Program-made: the position numbers and the translations under genes
Notes under the pieces: model-generated
Databases searched by the model: none
Told to the model about the DNA's origin: nothing
What the model saw: the letters and a program-made list of their open reading frames with translations, nothing else
Part shown: positions 12,960 to 26,239 of the stretch, piece after piece
Numbering within the stretch: position 1 is the first letter of the stretch
How the letters are laid out: each line of letters starts with the position of its first letter
NCBI GenBank assembly: GCA_028534125.1
Contig: CM052816.1
Location: 32,180,001-32,244,000 of the forward strand
Origin: Lama glama
Lineage: Eukaryota
DNA: 64,000 bases
Reading direction: 5' to 3'

Positions 12960-14295
12960 CTCTCTGGAAGCTTTAAACTTTGGAGACCAGAAATTTCATT
13001 AGGATGTAGCTATTTAAGAGCACTCTATTAACCCGAAGGCTCAAAATCATCAGTTCAAGGGAAATTTCTCTAGCTCCGTTTCATCTCTTCCATTTCCTAC
13101 GTTCTCTTTTTGTGGAACTCATATTATAGTAGGAGTTTATAATGGGTGTTTAACATCAAGGATTAAGATTGTTGTGTTTTAATTTTTAATCCATTTTTTC
13201 TATCCCTTTCTCTTTTTTTGCCAGACTTTAGAATATTTTATTGCCCAGAACACTAATTCAGCTTTCAGCAATGTTCATTCTGTTTTTCATCCCTTACATT
13301 TGATTTTGTTCTGCTTTGCCAATGAGATTTTTAATTTCTAGAACGAATTTGTGTTTTCTAATTATTCATCTTCCCAGGAAATTTCCCTTTCCCTCCCCTT
13401 CTCCTCCTCTTCCTTCTCCTCCTCCTTCTTTGCTTTTCTTTTAATAGCCACTTGACTTTCTCCAAACATATTTTAAGTGTTTCTTATTAAGTTTTCATCC
13501 ATTAGTTGAATTATTTCTTTCATAACCTTAGATCAGTGGTTCTGTTGGTTCATCTTGTCCCTTCTATTGTTTTTCATCAACTGTCTATTGATATGTGATT
13601 GTCCATTAATAGCTGGCATGGGTTACTTCTGCAGTGATATATTTCCAGTGGTCCACCAGGGCTCTACTTGGATTGAAAAGACTGCTTTTAGTCTTTACAT
13701 AAATTGTTAGGATGGGTCAACTAGACAACATCGCTTAAGGCTCCCTGGGCATGGGCAGGCAGGCAGGCTGGGTACTCATCTGCTGTACCCCTTGCCAACT
13801 TGAGAAGATGTGTACTTTGGCAGAGTAGCACTTCAGAGCTTGAAACTCCTGGCAGAGCAGTCTGTTCCCTTTCTTTTCTCTGTGCCTGTATGCATCTCAA
13901 GTCACCACAAGATCTGCCCTCCTTCTCCCTCAGACCCTAAAGGCTTTATTTTGATAATCCTTTTCAGGCTTAACCTGACATTGAATTCCACTTGTGCCTG
14001 TCATTTAGTATAGTGGGAGAAGAGAAAGGATGGAACTGCTCTGTTGTTCAGATGTAGCTCCTGTTTAATGATTCTGAGGGCTATTCTTTTACCTCCCTCT
14101 CTTCTATATCAGGTGACTTTGAACTTGGAGATTCTCAGGATGGCATTCTTTCTAATTTGCAAAAATTCTCATAATTTTCTGTCTGCTGATGACATTCTTC
14201 CTCCTTTTTCAACACTGCTCTGTAATATATATATACTCAGTCACATAAGAGATTCAAGGCAAGAGGAAATTTAGATATGTTTTCAGTCTAATCTC
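12960..14295 (-). mobile_element. Very old L1 (L1ME-like) 5'/ORF1 region remnant
   Basis: T-rich antisense L1-like composition and motifs (gaaatttcattaggatgt, ttcagctttcagcaatgttcattctg). Confidence 0.5.
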
Positions 14296-15016
14296 CTCCT
14301 ACAATAGCTTCTTTTAAATTTCTCCCATATTAAACTACTAATACATTCAACCCCAGGCACAAACACAAACATTAAACCACATCTTTCTTAAAATACATAA
14401 GAAGCCAGTAAATAAAAAAGCCACAAAACTCATAAGCTAATGACATCTGTTTCTCCATGAAAGCATAAATGGATGGATTATTTTTTATATTTGACCATTC
14501 TTTTTTATATTTTCAACAAAAGAAGTTCTGACAAGATATCTTCTTTGGTAAAGATGTGCATCACTAGAGTTGATTATGCACACATACCATTCGACCATAT
14601 ATAGTAGTTTCTATCATTTTCAAAATATTTAGTCCCAGAGAAACTTAAAGGAAACCCATCATCATGGCCTATAGGGTCATATAGGTTTATAATAAGAATG
14701 ATGCCTACAAAGTACTGTGAAAATCTACATTAATAATTCTCAGTCTCTTGGATGGACACAGATCATCTGCAGTTACGAGTAAGACAAAGAAACTATTTCT
14801 TGCCAAAGCACAGAACCACAGGCAAAGGGTTATAATCTCCTATTAATCTGCATACAGGCTTCTCTTGGAGATTGAATTTTGAAATCACATATATAATTTG
14901 ATATTTGTAAATGTCACTCAGGCACTTGCTATCTCCCATCTACCCATAGTGAAGAATTGGGAATCACTCATAAGTCACACACCAATTCTATGTGTTCACC
15001 ACAACATTAATCATAA

Positions 15017-15090
15017 GTATATATATATATATACACACACACACATATATATATTACATATATATGTATGTATATATATAATATATATAC
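15017..15090. repeat. (TA)n/(CA)n compound microsatellite
   Basis: tatatatatatatatacacacacacacatatatatat... Confidence 0.95.
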
Positions 15091-15921
15091 AAAATCTAGG
15101 TGTGATGTAAACTCAAAACTGAGGGCTCTAGAATCTCCTTACTCTATTTCCAATTCACATCTAGAGGCTAAATAGGGCACAAAAAGCGACCTGTTATAAG
15201 AACTTGTTTGCCACACATTCATGCATTCAGTGTGGTCTTCAGTTGATGGAAGATGACATTCTACATGGACAAAAGCATAAAGGGAGAAAAGCTAAGAGCA
15301 CTGATAATAAATGGTAGGTTGTCCAGATTGCCCAGAATAGCAAACTATAAAATTAGCCAGTGTGTCAAAAGTGCATGAAAGTAAGTTAAAAGTATTTCTA
15401 AATACCAAGAGATGAAAATAGAGCTGTAGTGATAGTGCCAAAAGTTGTGATTATCTTTTCCCTGTGAATTTAGAGACATTCTCAAATCAGCCATGTTATA
15501 GTAGCCCCCCCAATTATAAATTAATAGCAAGCCACCACTAAAGTAGAAAAGAATGAATCTGAAGAAAGTCAATGCTCATGCTAGCAGAGGGTCCTACAAT
15601 ATATATGCATTGGATGTAAAACCTGCCTTGGGTTTCAGAGAGTCAGGGATCTGACAGTGTTAAAATGATACATAAATCATATGCAAAAACAATCAATTTT
15701 ATTTTGATGGACTAAGTTTAAAATATTCTCCAGTTAAGGTTGTATTTATCATGTTGAGTTTGGAAAGAGAAATAATTATATTATGATCTTTCATTTGTGT
15801 ACAGAAATGAATTGGACAAATAAATCTAAAAATAATGTGAGAAGTGTTAGGCAGGAAAGTCTAGAGAATAAAGCATCTGTGCTGTATGAGCTTTCTAGAG
15901 CTGCCTCCCCTCAGTACTACT

Positions 15922-16106
15922 GGTGTCCAAATGTCCTCTTATAAAGGCACCAGTCATATTAGGTCAAGGCCCACCCTAACGGCCTGAGTTTAACTTAATT
16001 ACCTTTATAAAGACTCTGTCTTTAACTATGATCCCATTCTAAGGTACTGGCAGTTAGGACTTCAAAATATGAATTTTTGAGGGGACACAATTCAGCTCAT
16101 AATACA
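15922..16106 (-). mobile_element. Partial MaLR LTR (MLT1A/B-like)
   Basis: ttataaaggcaccagtcatatt...gttaggacttcaaaatatgaatttttgaggggacacaattcagc. Confidence 0.8.
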
Positions 16107-17619
16107 TGATATTTTTGCTGTTTTTTTTTTCAAAGAGAGCAGCAATGAATGGGTGGGGACAGGGGGACGGGGAAGCCTTGCCACTGAATTCTAAATAAAT
16201 AAGCTCACCAGAGCCCACACAACTAAATTAAATGTCAAGCAAGAGCCCATGCTAGATGAAGGAAAAAATTCTAGATATTCTTGACTAGAAAAGAAGCAGT
16301 TGCAACTTGAAGGAAACATATTGGTTCTTGCATGAGGCCCTTACTAATTCATACTAACAATAATAATATCTAAAGGTATAGATTTATCAAACTGCATTAT
16401 TAATTACAAAGTAAACTAATAATCTAGGATTATTTAGGATGAGATCAGAGTTAATTACGTATGAAGCTCCTTTACTGGAAAATATGATAAAGTATTTGTG
16501 GTTTTATGATGTAGGATCTCAAACCAATAATATCGTCTATTCTAATTCTTTTTCAGTTTTCTGGTATCTATATAGTGGTTGATTTTCATTATTAGGATCA
16601 GATTGTTGTGAGGTGTCTGGCTTGTTTTTCAGGATTTTTTTTTTTAGGGTATCATTAATAGGACATTAGTAGGAATATGAGTAACATGGAATTTCCTACA
16701 TCTTGACTCTTAACTGAAAAGTCAAGTAGACCTGCCAAGATATGAGTGAGAAGCAGCACATCAGTTCATGCTAACATCTTCCATTTCAAATTTTTCACCA
16801 TGAAACATTCACGCATTTAAAATAAAAAGCTATAGCAAATCTACTTCAATAGCGTTTTTGACTTTAGCTTTATACTCTCCCCTCCAGACCTCATGAGCTG
16901 TCTGGAAATGCCACCAAGTGGTCTAGGTTGAAAGAAGTCAAATGCATTGATGTTTCTTGGCAAACACATATTCCTCTCTTCTGACTCTCAATCACAGCTT
17001 CAAAAGCCTAACGGGTGATGCCAGGACCTGCCTGATTTACCTTGGATGTGACCTGTTTTAGCTCGTATTCTAGTGACTCATTGAACAGATCTCTTATATT
17101 AATCCTTGTATCATCTATTGCTATCAACCAACATGGGAGCTGAAACAGCTTTCCCAAATGTCAGAAATGAACACAGTGTTTTCCTGTAAGCTCAGAGAGG
17201 GAAAAAGATATGAGGGCTTTGGAACATATAAAACCATAAGCTACATATATTTGGCTTAGAAAGCTGAATGTTTTTGAAATCTGTCTTTTAAGTCGTAATT
17301 GCCCCTACTCAGATTCTAGGATACACAATTTGTCTATCCTAGTCTTTTTCAGTTTTCTGGTATCTATATGAAGTTGATTCTCATTATCAGGACAAGATTG
17401 TTGGATAAAGTGTTAGTTTTCTGTTGCTGTTGTTTTGCTTGTGTGTTTATTCGTTTATTTGGAGGAGTTTCATTTTCTATTCATTGGTTTTTCCTGCATA
17501 GCCCTCTGTCTCTGCTTCCCATAGTTCATAACTATGCTTACTTCAAATCTTCTTTTTAAATCGGAAGGGATGTGGGGACTGGGCCTCTCCAACACAGAGG
17601 CAAAAACTTGATAATAAAC

Positions 17620-17830
17620 TTTTCTTTTAATATAAACCCTAGAAAAATCTTCACACGTGCTCAGAGACATATAAAAACACCTATGATGTATTGTTTGAAG
17701 TAGCAATAAATAGGGCAACTATGTCTGTTGATGGAGGAGTAGTGAATAAAGTATGGGACATCAAATGAATAAAATATTATGCAGCAGTTAAAGGAATGAG
17801 GTGGACCTGTATGTATGCAGCAGACATTTA
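17620..17830 (+). mobile_element. Old L1 (L1ME-like) 3' ORF2 remnant
   Basis: gtgaataaagtatggga...aatattatgcagcagttaaaggaatgag. Confidence 0.6.
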
Positions 17831-18282
17831 CCAGGTCTCTATGTTTTGTTTTGCTTTTGGTTATCCAGCCTGCAGGCCTACTTCTTATTTGAAGGGAATT
17901 CTCCTGTCACAAGACAGGACTACTTGGTGGATGTAACGTGTGACTTGCCCATCCCCTCTTTGTGCCCCTGGGTGGGCTCAGAAAAATATTCTTTATGCCA
18001 AAGACTGGCTATTTGGTGAAGGAGATATCAGCATCCAGAACATTAAGAAACAAGTATTAGAACAATGCCTGAGGCATAATAAGTGCTCAATAAATGTTAT
18101 TTTTTCTTATTATCCATCTTCACAGAAATCTACAGCATTAACTGGGAACGCGAAATTCAGACTTTTTGTACTACTGTACTCTGGCTATGAGCTAACACTA
18201 ATTCCTGGGGACCCAGACTATCACTCTAGTCTACTGATAAGACTGAAGGTACAGAGGATTCAGGTTACAAAGGGAATGTTGA

Positions 18283-18560
18283 GGGTGGGAAGGGAGAGAC
18301 TGGGAGTTCAAAATTTGTAGATTCTGATAGGTATATATAGAATAGATAAACAAGATTATACTGTATAGCACAGGGAAATATATATAAGATTTCGTGGTAG
18401 CTCATGGTGAAAAAGAATGCAACAATGAATACATGTATGTTCATGTATAACTGAAAAAGTGTGTTCTACACTGGCAATTGGCACAACATTATGAACTGAC
18501 TATAACTCAATAAAATAAAATTTAAAAATAAATAAACATATAAATAAAACAGGAAAAAAA
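18283..18560 (+). mobile_element. L1 3'UTR fragment
   Basis: L1 3'UTR plus A-rich tail; TSD aaa(g/t)ggaatgttga at 18269-18282 and 18558-18571. Confidence 0.9.
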
Positions 18561-19629
18561 TGGAATGTTGACATCCTCAAAGTGGGTTTAGGATGGCTCT
18601 GAATCTATTATATGGTTATTTGCAGTTACAAAGTCAGGAGCTGCAGAACTGATATCCTTACTCATAGAGTTCCTCCTCACAATCCCATGATAGCTTCGTG
18701 ACTCATAGAGTAAAGAATATAGGAGTAAGTAACAAATAAAATATTCTGGAACACTTCTCCCTACTACAATATTCAACCAAAAGTCATACTGCAACTCTGA
18801 GCACTGGCCAATGTAGTAACATCAGTGAAGATTTGAAATATATGGGTGGTGACTTCTACTCTGCCACCAATTAATTCTTGTAGTTTGGCTGGCTGAAGAA
18901 TGAGATGGATGGATGCTGGACAGTAACAGAGGGTGAACATAATCCGTGAAGTAAAGCTGTTCCCTGAAGTGCTCCATTATCAAACAGAAGTAGATTTAAG
19001 GATGAGGTCTGAGCAGTTCTGAAAATCCAAGTAAATTGAAAAGGAGATTGCTTATACTTATTTCAGTCCAGTTGCAAAGTCACTCTATTGTTGAGTGGAT
19101 CTTGGAAGCATTTGCCATCAGACCATGACTACCCTGGTCCATCTGGCAAAATCATTCCTCTCAAGAGATGGAGACATCACATATCCCTGGACTGGTGCCA
19201 CTGCACACTGAGTTTATTTAAAGTCCAGGGTCACCAAGAAACTCTGATTCCCCAGTTGTTTAGCTTTAAGGAAAGAACAGACTAATGGTACAATGTTTAT
19301 TCCTGAAATCACTGTATTTTTCCCATGGTTTCTAACCATGATGACACTTCTCACGAAGGTTTGTCTATAGGGAAGGATTGTGTTGATCATACTCTCACAT
19401 GTAGTCCCAGGCCACATCATAGTTATATTTTCCTTTGTTAATAAATAAATCATTATTCTCATGTCTACCTCAGTTGTGCAAGTATTTTGGTAACCATGAG
19501 TCAGATTCCCAGGGCCTGGTCACTCCTGGGAAATACCAGTCATTGGAACTTCAAAAGATGACCAAATTTAGCTGGCCACCTTTTTAGATGACACTGCATG
19601 CAGGCGCACATGTGCACTCAAAACATTTT

Positions 19630-20361
19630 TTTTAACATTTTTTTTACATTTTTTATTGATTCATAATCACTTTACAGTGTTGTGTCAAATTCCAGGGTTC
19701 AGCACAATTTTTCAGTCATTCATGGACATATACACACTCATTGTCACATTTTTTTCTCTGTGATTTATCATAACATTTTGTGTATATTTCCCTGTGCTAT
19801 ACAGTGTAATCTTGTTTATCTATTCTACAATTTTGAAATCCCAGTCTATCCCTTCCCACCCTCCACCCCCCTGGTAACCACAAGTCTGTATTCTCNNNNN
19901 NNNNNNNNNNNNNNNNNNNNNNNNNNNNNNNNNNNNNNNNNNNNNNNNNNNNNNNNNNNNNNNNNNNNNNNNNNNNNNNNNNNNNNNNNNNNNNNTTGTT
20001 TCTGTTTTTTAGATTCCACATATGAGCGATCTCATATGGTGTTTTTCTTTCTCTTTCTGGCTTATTTCACTTAGAATGACATTCTCTAGGAGCATCCATG
20101 TTGCTGCAAATGGCATTATGTTGTCAGTTTTTATGGCTGAGTAGTATTCCATTGTATAAATATACCACATCTTCTTTATCCAGTCACCTGTTGATGGACA
20201 TTTAGGCTGTTTCCATGTTTTGGCCATTGTAAATAGTGCTGCTATGAACATTGGGGTGCAGGTGTCATCCTGAAGTAGATTTCCTTCTGGATCCAACCCC
20301 AGGAGTGGGATTCCTGGGTCATATGGTAAGTCTATTCCTAGTCTTTTGAGGAATCTCCACA
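19630..20361 (-). mobile_element. Young 5'-truncated L1
   Basis: Open ORF2 C-terminus (ORF 20009-20368, ...[42 protein letters not shown]...); perfect 15-bp TSD cactcaaaacatttt at 19615-19629 and 20362-20376. Confidence 0.97.
19896..19995. other. Assembly gap (100 N)
   Basis: Run of N inside the young L1, next to its T-rich tract. Confidence 1.
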
Positions 20362-23300
20362 CACTCAAAACATTTTAAATGTTGTCATTCCCTTCCTCCC
20401 CCTTTAGCTGCTGCCAAGTACCTGCTCTTCAGTTTTTACTCCTCCATCCCTGTTGCACAGCAATTCGATTCCCAGTTATTCTTCCACTCCAAGGTCTTCA
20501 CTAAAGGCTCTAGAAGGGTTTTCTGGTAAACTGCGATTTTATTCATACTGTTGTTGCTGTTAGAGATTATGGTCATATGATAAAACTAGATGAGGGCCCA
20601 ATTTTTCCTTCTCTGTCCAACTGTGTCTATAAACAATTAATACTTGATGTCCATATAACTGAAAAAGTAGCTTCTTTATAGGTCCATGGGATTTCCTCCC
20701 CAGAGATGCCTATGCTCATTGGTGGCTCTTCCAAGAGCTCCCTGAATTTGCCTGTAGCCGAGACCTGCTGCCAAAGCCAGTACTCTTTTTTTCCTGAGTC
20801 TTACTTAAACACATTAATCTGGATTAAATAAAGCAGTTTTCTGCTGACCTGTCAAAAAATCAACTCCACAAATTATTAAACTTTTCTCAAGTCCTCTTCC
20901 AAACAAGTACTGGACTACCCAGAGATTTACTTTGGCAAAGGAACACTGCAAACCTAGGGCATGCTGGGTAGAAATCCCATCAGTAATCCTCAAAGAAGTG
21001 ACTGAGTTTGCTTAGTATTCACCTTTGGCCTTTGGCCAGACATGTACACACTTTTCTTAGTGACAAAATAGAACTAAAGGCATTTAGGAGAGAAAGAAAG
21101 AAATGGAGGGAGGAGAGGAGGGGTAAAAGAGAATAGAAAGACATAAATAAGAAATATGTTCCTTTGGATTTATGCATCAGCGTAACACTCAAATCCCAAA
21201 TATGGGTTGAAATTTGTTTTATATTCTATTATTTTTGTAATTGGCTTATTAAGAGTGAATTTCCAAAGCAGGCCTGTTACAACCCAAGATTTAACAATGA
21301 AAGAGCATAGAACTTTTAAAGACTGTTTTAAAAATCATTGAGTCTCTAACTTATGAGTTAGTATTTGAATCATAATAGAATAAATGGCTTATCTAAAAAA
21401 AGAAAATGTGTTAGAGTTTCATATAAAGTTAGTATTTTTAAACCATTTTAAAAATTAAGTAGTTGTGTCACCTAAGATTAGGTTTAGCATTTTAGAAAGT
21501 CACTTTTTTTTTAAAGCTCTAAGGATCTTATGCTAGAGAAGTTAATAAACAATTACATTTCTCTTTTAATGGTTTGGTCTGCTTGGTTGATGTCCCATTT
21601 AAAAAATATGCTTCAATTGACTAATTGCTTTTACATAGGACATCCTGTAACATCATAGTGGATACAAAGGGATTTGTACTTTTACACCTGAAATAAAATT
21701 AATTAACATACAGGATATTTTAGTTTTTCAGGCCTCCTCAACAGGAAAAACTTATCCTAACTCAATGAACTAGAAATTCAAACAAATACACACACACATA
21801 CTTACATAATTATGAAAACAATGATGATGATGGAATTTACATCTTTAGAAGCTATCTAGCTCGTTTTACAGATGAGGAAACTGAAGTCAAGAGAGTTATA
21901 AATTAGATGACATCTGACTTTAAAATAGTAAAAATATTTTTGTCCTCTTTTTTAAAAATCACAATCAAAAAGTATAGATAAGAAAAAAACAGAAACAAAC
22001 TATAACTTCAGTACAATTGAGGATCTCTGTAACTCTGAACCAAATAGCATATGAAAGTAGAAAGTGGATAGAGACACAGTAAATGACTTAACAGGCCACA
22101 GGAAGATTAAGTCTACAACAGCGTAATACAAATGAGAAGCAAGTGATTTCAATCCTACAATCCTGGAAAGTCTCAGGATATGCAAGAAGCAGTCATTAGG
22201 GAAGTCAGTTGGAAAGTCTGTACAAGGAGCAGTAAGAAGCTTGGGTCCCCTCCTCCATAACCAGGCAAGATACTCCTCCCACCTTCAACAAAACACTGAA
22301 CCAGAGGACTCTAGATCGGGAATCCAAGTACAGAGGAGGGTGGGATGTGAGACCTTGCTGAAAACTAGAGAATTACATTTCATCTTCAGAATAAACAGTG
22401 AAACTCCCAAGCCCCTCTGCTGGCCCAGGTTTCATGCTGAAAGCCATCATTACGCTCTCCAGACAGGAAGTTGGAAGACCGTCTTTCCGAGGAGAATTGT
22501 TCCAGAATAAAAATTGACAGAAACTCACATCCAGAAGGAAAATCCTGTTTACCATCTTGATGATATCCACTAGTCTATAAGCTCCAGCCAAATACACCAA
22601 TTCCAATCAGTATTTAATTGCTTCTCTCTTAAATATAAACATAGTCAAGAGTGATCAGACGTTTGAAAAACGTGAAAAAGAGAGGTCAGATCTGCCTTGT
22701 TGGGTTTTGTGATAATCGTATGAGTCTGTAAATTCAGTGTACAGCAGAGTGAAGGTGTCTATAATGCATCCTAAAATTTTTACATAATGTTGAATTCAAG
22801 TGTACATTTCTTCCCCTCCAAAAATAACCAAATATGCATCTTTCTAGTATACCTCTAAAGGTAGATGGAGTGTTTTGTTGTGTTGCTATAGCTCTTGTTG
22901 CAATTGTTTTTAAATAAAGTGTAAGGACAGCATCCTTAGAAGTTTCAAGAGGGATATTTGGAGCAGGGATACTACAAAAATTGGAAAATTCCTTGTCTGA
23001 AATGCACATTCATGGATAGTCACACATCCAGCAATGGAAAGAGAACAAGACTCTTTAGATTCACCCTCTTCATTTAGGTGTTTGCATCAAAACCTCCATG
23101 TCTACCCAGAGTTTCTGGGAAGGGACCTTGGGTTAATATAAATAATTTACAAATAGGCAAATAGGATAATCCCTTATGATAGGAATTAAGAACATATTTG
23201 CCCTAAAACACTGAAAAAAGGACATGTTTCATAATACAATTAAAGAAAGTGAAAGCACAGTGACAGTATTTTTAGATAGGGTGTCTGATCACCAATGAAA

Positions 23301-23439
23301 ATGGCAAAAGATGTAAGATTAATGTTAATCTGAAGCCCTTTTACTCTCTGTTACCAGCCCCATCAGTTTGAACAGTCCCACACCTGTCACCGGATCTTTG
23401 CTGTGGATCCTTGTGTGACTGCTCATCATGCATTCCCTT

Positions 23440-23920
23440 TTCCTTGAGTAATGGGCCATGTGATACTTCTTAACTCTCAGACTAAGTGGTTCAGATGGAG
23501 CCAATTCCATCCCCAAGTCTAGAGGTGGACATTTGATCCTTGAGGGCCAATTAGAAATCACCCACCTACCCTCAAGCACAGTAATCAGTTAAGCAAAGAG
23601 AATACATCCACATCAGAAAGTTCCAAGCCTTTGGCCATGGGTACCGGCTAAGAATTCTTTCCCTTCTTCAATACGAAAGATGTTAAGTCTGAGCTGCTAA
23701 AGGCAGCTCAAAGAGAAAACTTATCTTACCTAAGAGGGAAGCTAACCTCTAGAAGGATGCAAAATCAAGATAAAAAGGTGATTTGGTTCTGATTACATAA
23801 ATACGTTGGATCTAGCAGTACTCAAACAAGAAATATCCTGGACTTTTCAGATATATGAGCCAATAAGTTCCCTATCTTGCTTAAGGCAGTTTGGATTGGG
23901 TTTTCTACAACTTGAACTAA
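23440..23920 (+). mobile_element. Old MaLR/ERVL LTR (MLT1K/L-like)
   Basis: 3' end gagccaataagttccctatcttgcttaaggcagtttggattgggttttct. Confidence 0.65.
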
Positions 23921-25699
23921 AAAAAAATAATATAAGCATGCATTTATATTAAGTATATTCACGATAAAACTTTACAGTATAATCTAGTCTCCTTCCTCAG
24001 CTCACATGAACTAAACCCTGCACAAATGTCTCGTATCTAAATAGTCTTCCAGCACAAACATATATCATATTAATAATAGAGCCTAAAAGTTTTTTTAATC
24101 TAATTCCTCAACATCTAGTATACTTAATAAGGAGTAAGCAATGCTTAATGTATGTTTATGGAATGATTTGAAAATGACAGGCTGAATAAATGAATGAATA
24201 ATGTAGATCCCTGACCTTATCTAACATTAAGCCATGCAGTATAGAGTCTCTGTATAGATAATCATTAATCCTAAATTAATGATTTCCAAGAATCGTTGGA
24301 AAGTCCCAATCTCCTTCAGTGGAAAGAAACATATTCAGTTAGTTTTATCTAATACAAACAAAACGTGCCTACAAAATTCTTAGTGCTTGGTTAGAGATTG
24401 GAAAAAAATCAAGTTAGAGTGGCATAGTTCTTGTCACCTAGAAATTCATCAGCTAATATGGATATTGTATGAAGAGAACTCTAAAGGAAATACTAATATA
24501 TAACTGTATGTAAACAATTAAGATAATTACTTTTCTAAAAAAATCATCATGTTACACTGAATTCTTTTGCAATCCTGGGAATTTTCCTCTAAATACACAC
24601 TAATCTGTTTGCACAATAATAATAATTGGAGTCATTTATTAAGCAATTACCTTGTGCCATGCATTATGCTGTTCTTTATACAATTACTATTTCCTAAACT
24701 CCTCATAACAATTGTATATGGTGTAACAGAAGATAATTTACTTGCAGTTAAATACTGTAAGCATTCAAATTACTAGTTTATTCTTTAAAAAAAAGTTTTT
24801 CATGATCATCCAGTTTTAGCCACACCATGTAATAAGAGAAGATCACTTTGCCTCAGTATGCTGTGCTAAGAGATGGTGTGATCTCCAAGGCTACAAAGGA
24901 CAGGAAAGTGGTGACAAAATGGACAAAGTGGTGTGGATTATAAAGGATGGTTAGAAAATGATTCTAACGAGGCTCTTTGATGCTGTGAAAACTTCATAAA
25001 TCCTATGGAACAAAATGTATTCACTGGTGAGCAGAAGTTACTCCAGATGAGCAGGTTGGGAGACAACCATGAAAAGGAAGGAAGGCACTGGAAAGTGGTG
25101 GCCCCTGCCTGATCTTTCTGAAGACTTGTATCGTCCTCTCCTGTGGCTGCTCCAGAAAAAGCAAACCCTAATGACTAGTGATTTTACCAAACCTCTTCCT
25201 GCAGATTAGGAAAAAATTTCATGTTTTTAAAATAAATTTTGTGCTTGAAAAAAATTACCAGATGCTTTTGTAAACTTTTTTCTTTTAAGGAAATGACTAT
25301 GGTTTATAAATCCTGATTTTTGAGTAAAAATTTAGCAGGCAAAGTATATTAATTACATACACAATGTTTACAACATTAAGTATTCCTATTTCATGTGATA
25401 TTTTCCTTTTACAGGTAAACAAATTCATTCAAAACATCCACAGATAAGCAATAAATTCTTTAAGTGATCTGCATGGCATTTAAGTCATAAAAAAGATTTT
25501 GTAAGACATCTATGCATATTAAATTTGTTTATTTCTTATCATATGTGACAGCTTATGTTATATACCAAAACTGTCAGACTAAAATTGTCTTTTGTAAATC
25601 ATTGTGGTTTTTTTGGAGTTAAGATATCTAAAGTAAGAAATATTAATCTAGACTGGGTCAGACCCTGACAGTCTAAGCAAATGATCTTTTACTAGAGAT

Positions 25700-25830
25700 A
25701 TTAGTACCCACACTTTATGGATGTGGAAACTGGGGCTCAAAGAAGTTAAGTAACTTTTCCAAGGTCAAACTGAGACAAGATTCAAATTCTTGTCTCTTGA
25801 TTCCAAAGCCCACATTCCTAACCTGTGTGA
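25700..25830 (-). mobile_element. MIR SINE
   Basis: ttatggatgtggaaactggggctcaaagaagttaagtaacttttccaaggtca. Confidence 0.8.
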
Positions 25831-25944
25831 TGTATTATTCAAAGAGTAATGACCAAAGGAAATGTGACATGATTGGCCAGGCACGGCCCATATGGAATAC
25901 AGTGTATTACATTAGATACAGCAGTGTTTATTTAATAAAACATA

Positions 25945-26060
25945 CTAGACGATAGCTTCATGAAGTCAAGGACTTTTAGCTGTTTTGTTCACTGTTGTAA
26001 TTCCAGAACCTATGACAGTTACTAACACATAAGAGGTATTTAATAAATATTTGTAAACCA
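25945..26060 (+). mobile_element. L2 3' end
   Basis: gttttgttcactgttgtaattccagaacct...taataaatatttg. Confidence 0.75.
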
Positions 26061-26239
26061 AGTAGAAATACGATTACTTCCCTTTACTATTAACACAACC
26101 TAATGTTGAACTTGTTTAGCAATGAAAGGATAGCAATGTCTTGTATTTACAACTGACTAAAACTCTTGTTTTTTCTCACAAGCAAATGGTATGTCACAAC
26201 TCTTCCATCATATAATTGGGAAGTTTTTAAATTCTAGAG

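Larger units (their letters stand above)
18130..21050 (+). mobile_element. Degenerate ERV-L (class III endogenous retrovirus) pro-pol internal region, split by two L1 insertions
   Basis: Collinear motifs versus recalled ERV-L Pol: LLYSGYELTLIPGDP at 18171 (LLDTGSELTLIPGDP, protease); LPTTIFNQKSY at 18757 (LPRKIVNQKQY); DLK..VVTSTLPPINS near 18830; DGCWTVT near 18908 (DGSWRMT); TTLVH at 19128 (ITLVH); FTKGS at 20497 (FTDGS, RNase H); weaker integrase-like matches to about 21050. Many stops and frameshifts. Confidence 0.8.

Noticed and set aside
18800..19430. Apparent CR1-type RT motifs on the minus strand (IYLDFQ, GALQGTAL, IFTDVTTL)
   Set aside because: The plus strand gives a longer, better-ordered match to ERV-L Pol, so the minus-strand motifs are most likely chance.
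25401..25420. ttttccttttacag|gtaaac resembling a recursive splice site
   Set aside because: Weak regenerated donor, no host gene identified, and such motifs are common in AT-rich DNA.
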